64,000 nucleotides of DNA from Octopus vulgaris (lineage: Eukaryota): contig OX597830.1 of NCBI GenBank assembly GCA_951406725.2, positions 47,740,001 to 47,804,000 on the forward strand. Direction: 5' to 3'. Under the pieces are notes generated by a model. That model saw only the letters and a list, made by a program, of their open reading frames with translations, was not told the DNA's origin and searched no databases. The position numbers and the translations under genes were made by a program. This document shows, piece after piece, positions 54,400-64,000 of this stretch. Position 1 is the first letter of the stretch. Each line of letters opens with the position of its first letter.

Positions 54400-57079
54400 C
54401 AAAAATATCTCAAAGTGTTCTCACTCACATGTGTGTAATAATTAATTATACCTGTCCTTAACAAAATGGCATTACTTTTTGGCTCACCCATGTATATCTG
54501 TGTGTGTGTGTCTGTGTTTGTCCCTCCACCACTGCTTGGCAACCGATGTTGGTGTGTTTATGTCCCTGTAACTTAGCAGTTTGGCAAAAGAGACCAATAG
54601 AATAAGTATTAGGCTTACAAAGAATAAGTCCCGGGGTTGATTTGTTCAACTAAAGGCGGTGCTCCAGCATGGCTGCAGTCAAAATGACTGAAACAAGCAA
54701 AAGAATAAAAGAATAAATGTGGTCCCTGATGCAATAAAAAAAAACAAAATAAAAAGGGATGTCGACAGCAAGGCTCCCTGTCATCATGAGTCTGCTTTTA
54801 AGGGGTTTATTACAGAAACATGCAGGAAAATCAATTTTACATTGCAGAATATTATGTTGCATTGAGTTTTTTCAGGAATGTATTTCCTCCATAGTGTAGG
54901 GGATTCGAGAAGTTTCCTTGCTGACCATATGATTCTTGGTTCAGTCTCACTGTATGGCACCCTGGCTAAGTGTCTTCTGCTACAGTCCTGGGCCAACCAA
55001 AGCCTTGTGAGTGAATTTGGTAGATGGAAACTGAAAGAAGCCTGTTAAATGTGTGTGTGGCTGTGAGTCCGTAACACCATTTGCTAATTAGTGTCAGTGT
55101 GTTTAAGCCCTTGTAACTTAGCAGTTTGGCAAAAGAAACTAATAGAGTAAGTGCCAGGCTCAAAAAAATATGGACCGGGGTTGATTCATCTGACCAAGAA
55201 TTCTTCCAGATACATACATTCATGAATGCACACACACACGCATGCACACACACACACACGCACACGTGCGCACACACACATAGACACACACACACACACA
55301 CACAAACACATACACAGAAACAAACCCACACACACGCATACACACACATCTGCTATACAGGCACATAAAGAATCAGATATAAATCAATGCTTTATTCTGA
55401 AGCAAAGATACATAAAATATAACCCGCCACACACACTCAAATGTAAATACACAAACACATATGAATTACACAAAAATCAAAGACATAAATATAAGAACAA
55501 AATCACCCAAAATGTAATATGTGTCTACTCAGATATGGAAATACATAACCAGGTGTGTATGTACACACACACTCACACACTCTCTCACACACACACACAC
55601 ACACTACCATTCTGTATGTACAGAGTTATGGGTTCTCATTGCAGAGAATTACAAATATTTAATGAAGTCATTTGTTTTATTGGTTGAGATCATCACCAAC
55701 AGAAGCAGCTGTCTATACTGTCTGTAGTCTTGGCACCAATGCCATTATGGTCAGCACTATCCCCACCACCACCACCACCACCGCCACCACCATCACCATT
55801 ATCGTCATCCTTGGTTTTAGCATTGTATGTATCAAAGTGTCGTTGACATCAACCACTGACAGCATCACTACTGCAGTCGCCATTATTAGCTTGTCTTCTT
55901 CCATTCACGTACAATGTTGAATGTGGCGTAACATCAGGTGCCACGTGGCGTGAAATGTCTGAGTCAATGAGCCACGCTAATAAGACAGCACTTGTCTCAC
56001 CGTTGAAGAACATATTCAAGTCATAACAGTGTCAGCCTTAGAGTCTCATCTTCTAGAAGAGCAATTGGAGTGGAATTTAATGGGAATCTAATCATGCTAC
56101 ACACACACAGACACATCCACACACATATGCATACTGTATCGGCTGTACCAAATCTGTGAAGTATGATATGGATTCATATTCTATATCAGATACATGACAC
56201 ATATATCATCATCATTATCATCATCGTTTAACATCCGTTTTCCATGCTGGCATGGGTTGGACAGTTTAACCAGGGCTGGTAAGCTTAGGGGCTGCACCAG
56301 GTTCCAGTCTAATTTGGCATGGTTACTACAGCTGGATGCCCTTCCTAATGCCAACCACTCCGAGAGTGTAATGGGTGCTTTTTACGTGCCACCAGCACAG
56401 GGTCCATGATTTGATAAGTAATAAGGAACTCTGGGAAGAGCTGAACAGCAGAAAATCTTCAGAGAGAAACCTGTATGCTGGCTGTTTTAACCAGGTCATT
56501 CAAAGACAACAATTCCCTGAAGGATAAGTTATGTCTTTTGGAATTCATTTCCACCAGACTCTAGTCTGATTTGGGATGGTTTCTATAGCTGGATGCCCTT
56601 CATAACGTCAACCACTCTGAGAGTGTAATGAGTGCTTTTACATGCCAGCGGCACAGGCACCATTTGTGTGACACCAGTATCTGCCACGACTGTGATTTTA
56701 CTTGGCTTGATGGGTCTTCTTCTCAAGCACAACATAATGCCAAAGGTCTCAGTCATTGTCTCCATGCAGCCCAACACTCAAAAGGTGCTTTCCAAGTGCC
56801 ACTGGCACAGGTGCCAGTTACGTGATACCAGCATTATCCATGATTGGTTTTCACTTGGCTTGACGGCTCTTCTCAATCACAGTATCTCTAGTCAAATAAA
56901 TTAACCTCAGTACTCAAGCATACGTTTTATTGATCTTTGAAGAATGAAAGTCCTAGGATGATGAAAGGCATAGCTGACCATGGCAGGATTTGAACTTGGA
57001 ACACTAGACATAGCAAAATACAGCAAAGACTTTCCCCTTCTTCACTTATGCTTCTACCAATTAAAGGAAGTTTACTCAC

Positions 57080-57177
57080 GTGCGGTTGTATATAGGTTTA
57101 TTGTCATATCCTTCCCGAGTGGTCAGAGGGTTACCATCTTGATCTCGATAAAATGCATACAGCCCAGCTGTAAAACC
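57080..57177 (-). CDS. LMLN: LMLN coding exon immediately downstream of the HEXXH motif
   Basis: GFTAGLYAFYRDQDGNPLTTREGYDNKPIYNR(T); tttcag/gtgagt; phase 0-2. Confidence 0.95.
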
Positions 57178-57876
57178 CTGAAATACATCAAATAATACAC
57201 AGAAAAGTAATATAATAGCAGTATATGCCAAAATTAAAAATGTGCATATGGGTATATATATGTGTGTGTGTGAATACAAAACAGCTTTTCTTTCAAACAT
57301 GCTATATTAAAGCACAATTCTGTTCAACTTTATATATATATCATATAATATCATCTGGGTAATAACCTTATAGGATGTTTTACAAAGCTCCTCTACATGT
57401 ATTGGCTACCACATGCTAACTTACAGGAATTCTGTTATTGGATATACAATTGTAGTGAATTGGTTTAAAGCTTGTTAATTCCATCTTTTTATATTATAAT
57501 GTTAGGTCCACCTAACAGGCTCCCAGTAGAAAGCACCATCTGAATGTGGCCGATGCCAGTACCCACTGACTGTCTCCCATGCTGGTTGTTATGTAAAAGC
57601 ACCATCTGAATGTGGCTGGTGCCAGTACCCCCTGACTAGCCCCTGTGCTGGTGGCACATACTATCCGAATGTGATTGATGCCAGGCCCGCCTGACTGGCT
57701 CCTGTGCCAGTGGCACATAAAAAGCATCTACTACACTCTTGGAGTGGTTGGCATTAGGATGGGCATCCAGCTGTAGAAACTTTGCCAGATCAGATTGGAG
57801 CCTGGTGCAGCCACTGGCTCTCCAGACCTCAGTCAAACCATCCATCCCATGCCAGCATGAAAAATAGATGTTAAAC

Positions 57877-57918
<42 letters not shown>

Positions 57919-58374
57919 ATAATGAACTTGTCTAGGTATAGCAATACTAACAGCCAGTTGTTAAAAGTCAAAATACATAGGCTTTAGAATAAAGTGATAG
58001 GAAAGTAAAGAGTGTAATATAAATTATTGAATGTCAAAGGAACAGGAAGGGAATCAACTTCTTTAGCTCACAGCTGTTTCTGCTATCAGAAGCAGTGCAC
58101 TCAGAGCTGAGTAGTTGAGCAACATCTTGCTGATTGCACTGCTTCTTATAGCCGAAACAGCTGTAACCTAATGAAGTGCCATTTATTTGAAATAATTAGT
58201 AATGCACAGGTTAGTGCCATGCTACGAGACGGGTCAACTTAGACACCAAGACATTCTGGAGGACCCAAAATTCCATGCAGAATGCAACAAGATTTAGGTA
58301 GTAAGGTTGTTTGAATGCGTACATCACATGTTTACATGATATGCTATGTTGAATTGCATTCCAGAAAACATGGC

Positions 58375-58900
58375 GTGTGTGTGAGCATATACATGTGTGT
58401 ATGTGTGTGCACATATACATGTGAGTGTGTGTGTGTGTGCATGCGTCCATGCAAATACAGGTGATTGAGTGTGTGTGTGCATGCATATACATGTGTGTGT
58501 GTGTGCGTATACATGTGTGTGAGTGTGTTTGTGTGTGCATATACATGTGTGTGTTCGTATATGTGTGCATACACGTGTGTGAGTGTGTGTGCATATACAT
58601 GTGTGTGTGCTTCATGTGTGCATATAAATGTGTGTGTGTGTTTGCATGCGTCCATGCAAATACATGTGATTGAGTGTGTATGTGTGTGCGTGTATGCATA
58701 TACATGTGTGTGTGTGTGCGTGTGTGCATATACATGTGTGTGAGTGTGTTTGTGTGTGCATATACATGTGTGTGTGTTTGCATGTGTGCATATAAATGTG
58801 TGTGTGCGTGCATGTGAGTGTGCATATATATATATATGTGTGGGTGGGTGTGTGTATGTATGCATGTGTGCATATACATGTGTATGTGTGTGCATGTCTG
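58375..58900. repeat. Degenerate (TG)n / gcatatacatgtg compound repeat
   Basis: Read directly; source of the HTHT/CVCV ORFs. Confidence 0.9.
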
Positions 58901-60752
58901 TTTATATCTGAGCTTTCTTGCATGAAAGTGTGGTGGGTGATGCTGGTGTCGGCCACTCTTATGAATTAATTATCTGGTTGCTTTGAAGCAGAGTGGAAAA
59001 GCTGTAGACATAACAAATATGTTACATTTACCGATTTCTCTGTAGATGGAGGAAAAAAAACCCCCAAAAATGATCAACAGCCTTAATTGATTTTCAACTT
59101 TTATAAGGGGCCTCATCAGATGATTACATCACTTGAACAATCCCAAAGGAACAATTTGTTCACACACATACATCTATTCATATACATACATATACATATA
59201 AAAACATATATATATAAACCTACACATATATAGACATATGCACACACACACATACATATATTTATACACTTACACATACATATAAAAGTATATATACCCG
59301 CACATAGACATATACACATGCGCACGCACACACAGGCACACGTATCACACCAAGTCAACAGAAAGTTAGATTACTAAACAAATGGCCGACTGTTTGTATC
59401 AATCCAATTAAGTGTATTCATTAATAATTTTTTTAATTATTGAAGAAATTTCCGTTCTAAACTTTTATGTTTCTTTTTTTTAATTTTCTTTCTTTAAAGA
59501 AAAATGAAAATTTTTTTCTATGATTTAAAAAAAAAAATTTTTAACACAAAATGGTGAAAATAAATATGTTGCTGCTGGCAACTGCAAAATATCGTCTGTT
59601 ACTTTATTTTATCAAGAAAAATTTCTGTTAAGGCGGTCAGCTGGCAGAACCATTAGCATAACGGACAACAGGCTTCGAGGCATTTCAGTCATCTTTATGT
59701 TCTGAGTTCAATTTCTGCTGTGGTGGACTTTGCCTTTCATCCTTCCACGGCTGATAAAATAAGTACCAGTTGTGTACTGGGGCCAATATAATTGATTTAC
59801 ACCCTCCTGTAATATTGCTGGCCCAGTGCCAAAATCTGAAACCAGTTCATGTCTGTTTCCCCGCTCTCTAAATTTCATATATTTAGAATCCCTTTTTAGA
59901 ATGATGCGGACAGGTTTATCATGTTACAACACCACAACCACCACCTCACCCCATGGCCCAACGTTTTTGTCTTTTGTTTCCTAGGGATCAACATGCTGGG
60001 GTCTGACCTCGTTACATTTTCCTAACGTTGACTTCACCTCTTCTTTTACATCAAATACTTTCCCAGTGAAAGCTTGCAACACTTTCTCAGCCAGCACTCA
60101 ACATCCATTTATTTAATTTGTCCATGCCAACACAGCAATTTCTCCAGCACAGGTAAGCTGATGCTTTTAATGCCAAGCTACTTTTTCCATTCAGAGGAAA
60201 TAACTGCCGTTACAGCATCGCACCAAAAATATTCAACACAACAAAACCAAAACCAAGATCATCAAGACAAGCATTTCATTGAAAGCCAGTTTACGATATT
60301 TTCTAAAGACATCAAAAAACGCTTTGCCGATTTGCAGTTCTAGATTCATTAATACTTCTTTCTTGCCAGGTTTTTGATTACAATTCTTAGCAAAAATTGT
60401 TTTGCTTTTGTCCATTTTTTAAATTTTATTTTATCGAAACAAATTTTTTGACAGAGTTTAATTGCAGTAAATAAAGAAGAAACATGCATTCAGTTCTTCT
60501 TAAAATCAAAAGTTTGACAATATTTTTGTAATAGTCTTTACAAGAATTAGTTTTTCCGTGATTATAGAAGGTTGGTTGCCATCAAAGAATTCAATCATCA
60601 CATCAGAATTTATCATTTCTTCCGTAATCATCGCAGCAATGCTACCATTAGCACTGACTGCAATTAAGGCAGCAATAATTCTTTGTTTCACAGCTCAGAC
60701 TTGAATCAATGCAAAGAGGTGGCAGTCCATATTGCCATGCATTATGAAACCC

Positions 60753-60799
<47 letters not shown>

Positions 60800-60814
60800 A
60801 CACACTCACACATA

Positions 60815-60863
<49 letters not shown>

Positions 60864-61289
60864 GACTATACACAAATAATCAGTTTTGTTTATGAATGTT
60901 TGGCAATAAGAAACATAAAGTGAAGCTGTTGTTGAGAGTTAAATGAAAAACGAAGTAATTAATGAAGATCAGGATGTTTCTTGATCAGAGTTTGGTAGCG
61001 AATGAGAAGAGGATGGACTGGATGCTGCGGCGAGATCTATGACTATTTTATTGTACATGGAGAAAGTATGTCATCGTTATCATCATCATCATCATTTACC
61101 ATTCTTCCATGTTGGCATGGGTTGGACACTTTGACAAATTCCAGCCTGTTTTGGCATGGTTTCTACAGCTGGAAGCCCATCTTAACCGTAACCCCTTTAC
61201 AGATTGTACTGGGTGGTTTTTACGTAGCACCGGCTCCAGTGCTCTTTATGTAGCACCTGGTGTGTGTGTGTGTGTGCATGTATTTATAC

Positions 61290-61590
61290 TTATGGCCATA
61301 TATAATTGTAACTCCACAGGTCGTGAAACTACAGATGCCTAATTTCTGGTGAGACAACTGCACTAGAAGTTCATAACTAAGGACAAATCCCTTTACTTTG
61401 TATTCGTTAATATGGAGAGAAGAATGTCTTCAACCGGAGCTGTGCATACCTTCTTCCTGTCCGAGAGTGCTTTTAGCAGGGTTAGGATCAATAATGATTT
61501 CAATAGAGAAAGTTCTAAAATAGATACATGTCTGCTAGGGCTCTTTGCCCAGTCCCCTATTTGTTCATTATAGTTCTTTGAGCTTTCTGT
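61290..61590 (+). mobile_element. Degraded RTE-like reverse transcriptase fragment
   Basis: GRETTDA*FLVRQL...KDKSLYFVFVNMEK-like RT motif remnants. Confidence 0.5.
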
Positions 61591-63348
61591 AGTGTGTCAT
61601 ATATTGTGACAGCATGTTCCTCCTAGCAGAAACAGTAGAGGAACTGCAGAAATAGTTTCAAACCCAGAAGCAGGGTCTACAATGAAATAGGTAGGGAAGA
61701 TGTCACACATTGTGTGACAAAGGAACTCTGACAGAGAGATAAACCAGAAATGATATATTAATGAAACTAAAGTGAAGATCAAATAAATAATGCATGTGTT
61801 TAATTGGCAAAAGATGACCCTAACCCAAACCCCATCAAGCCAAGTGAAATCATAGTCGTGGCAGATACTGGGGTCATATAACTGGCACATGTGCTGCTGG
61901 CACATAAAAGCACCCATTACACTCTCAGAGTAGTTGGCATTAGGAAGGGCATCCAGCTGTAGAATCCATGCTAAATTAGACTGGAACCTGATGCAGCCCC
62001 TAAGCTTACCAGCCCTGGTTAGACTGTCCAACCCATGCCAGCATGGACAACGGATGTTAAATGATGATGATGATGGTGTGTGTGTGTGCATGTGTGTGTG
62101 TGTGTGTGTATGTGTATACGTATATCTATGTGTATATTTATGTGTACGCACGCGTGCGTGCGTGTGTGTGCACAGTCTGTGACAGACCATGCCTGTCTTT
62201 TGCTGGCCTCAAATCTCATCTGCGAACACATGGAAAATGAACCTCCACCAACTATTCAGACTATATGTCTGTGCACACCTTCCAATGCAGTGTATGCCAA
62301 AAGGTTTGCAAATCCAACAGAGGCCTGAAAAGACATGTTAAGATTCGCAAAGAGCAGAACTTATCTGCAGGTATTGGTGGTCCAAATTAGCAGTGCAATC
62401 TACGTGGGTGTCTTTTCAGAACATTGTCTGGTTTAAAAAGCCACATCAGATGCCATGATGGTGCTAAGGTGTAGGTACAGGAGGTGGTCAAACTCTACAT
62501 AAGGAGTAGACAACCACCATATATATATATATATAAGAGAAAATGGTGTCATTGAGACCCAAAGGTGTTAAGTAATGCTGAGTAAGTGCTATAGACAGAC
62601 CATAATTATGTTCCAGACTCGGTAATATTACGAATAAAGGGTTCAACGTTGGTTCTATGTCAGTGTGTGTATATATGAATTCTATGACTTAATTTTTCCT
62701 CTCACACCGTCTCCGATGAATACTATAACTACTTAGCTGTGCACCTTCATATACATATATTATCATCATTGTTGTCGCTTAACGTCCGCTTCCCATGCTG
62801 GCATGGGTTGGATGGTTTGACTGGGGACTGGCAAGCCAGGAGGCTGTACCAGGCTCCAATCTGATCTGGCAAGGTTTCTACAGTTGGATGCCCTTCCTAA
62901 TGCCAACCACTCTGACAGTGTAGTGGGTACTTTTTGTGTGCCACTGGCACGAGGGCCAGTCAGGTGGCACTGGCATCAGCCTACACTCGAATGGTGCTGC
63001 ACAACAAAACTGAACCTGGCTCCATGCAGTTGTTAGATGGAATGTTTAACTCTGCACTTATTTTTGCATCTCACTTCATTATAAAAATAACCATTTTGCA
63101 AATCCAGTTAGTTGTAGTTAAGACAAGCTAAGCTGCCAATATTGGCACCTCACCATTCTATAAGGAAATTAAATAAAGAGGTTTATCCAAAATTCCCCAA
63201 AAGTGATTCCAAGTAGACAATTTGGCACTGGAAGACATCATTGCTTTTAACACATTTTCTTCACAGAAATTGTGTAACACACTTTCCGTTTCTTTCTTCA
63301 TAACATTAATAGTGAATGTATATTATATAATTACATATACATACACAT

Positions 63349-63381
<33 letters not shown>

Positions 63382-64000
63382 CAAGTAACACATACAAACC
63401 ATCTCATATACACACTAGCAAATCACACACAATCATACACAGACACATATGAACAACCAGATTATAATAAAGCTGAAAGATTCCATTTATCCTTCTATCA
63501 AACTAATCTTTAATATTACACACACACACACATGTGTGTATGTGTGTATGTGTATATGTGTGTATGTGTATATGTGTGTGTGTGTGTAATCTTATTAGAA
63601 ACTAACTAAATAGAACGAAATATGGTGATGGTGGTGGGTGTATGTGTGGTGGGTATAGATACATACATGATGTTGTGGTTAATTTTATTATTATTATCAT
63701 TAGCATACTTTTTTTTAATCTTATTTTATCTCTTAACGAAGCAGAAGTTTGGCAAAATCTTGGCGCTTCTTATTGCATTGGCAATATAACGCACAATAAC
63801 AACTTTGGCATACTTTTTTTTCTTTATCAGTTGAGGACCTAATACTAAGGACTCAGAAACAAGGTGCCAATCAAACTACAATGGTTCTCAGAAAGAAAAA
63901 AAGGGGAAAAAGAATGAAAGAAAGAGAGCAGATCTGAAACACTTCCAAAATAATTAAACGAATAAAATCTCCTTCCAGGTTCAATGTGAACTGGAGGTCA

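Larger units (their letters stand above)
52028..54445 (-). mobile_element. Crypton-like (DUF3504-type) tyrosine-recombinase DNA transposon, ~2.4 kb
   Basis: Boundaries defined by interruption of the mariner TIR (ttggTAA | TAAttatacc); single YR ORF; terminal hairpin and palindrome; no RT; no conventional TIR pair. Confidence 0.85.
51538..54492. mobile_element. Internally deleted mariner element whose right TIR is split by the tyrosine-recombinase element
   Basis: TA-flanked TIRs cgagggtgaatcaaaaagtaatgcc / ggcattactttttggctcacccatg; internal LITSDETWVHHYELESKRQ...AGKIMVTVVWDAQGVILVDFL (minus) and KKWLKEQSTEFYRAGIHALIRRWN (plus). Confidence 0.88.

Noticed and set aside
58211-58956. His/Thr-rich and Cys/Val-rich ORFs of up to 222 aa
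   Set aside because: Products of degenerate (CA/TG)n repeats
57178-64000. Expected LMLN exon with the HEXXH motif and more 5' exons
   Set aside because: No convincing exon found by eye; a candidate ag...gt segment near 63150-63230 has stops in the frames I checked. These exons probably lie beyond the window

Overview
Repeat-rich, AT-rich animal genomic DNA. The SINE families and microsatellites look like Octopus (cephalopod); this is an inference from repeat recognition. One host gene is present: the 3' part of a leishmanolysin-like peptidase (invadolysin/LMLN, M8 metalloprotease) on the minus strand. I assembled 11 coding exons (57177 to 21356) with consistent GT-AG sites and phases; the HEXXH exon was not found and probably lies beyond the right edge. 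The rest is transposon debris and microsatellite: SINEs, RTE and R4/Dong fragments, Tc1/mariner, piggyBac, Helitron, and many Penelope-like remnants carrying hammerhead ribozyme motifs. The most striking object is a ~2.4 kb Crypton-like tyrosine-recombinase element (~52028-54445) nested inside a mariner TIR within an LMLN intron. Its 532-codon recombinase ORF has a single premature stop. One end is a 144-nt hairpin whose mismatches are three tandem G.A/A.G pairs in YGAG context plus one G-T, capped by a GCGAAAGC mini-hairpin. This implies a strand-specific folded single-stranded substrate. Most ORFs in the supplied track are microsatellite artefacts.
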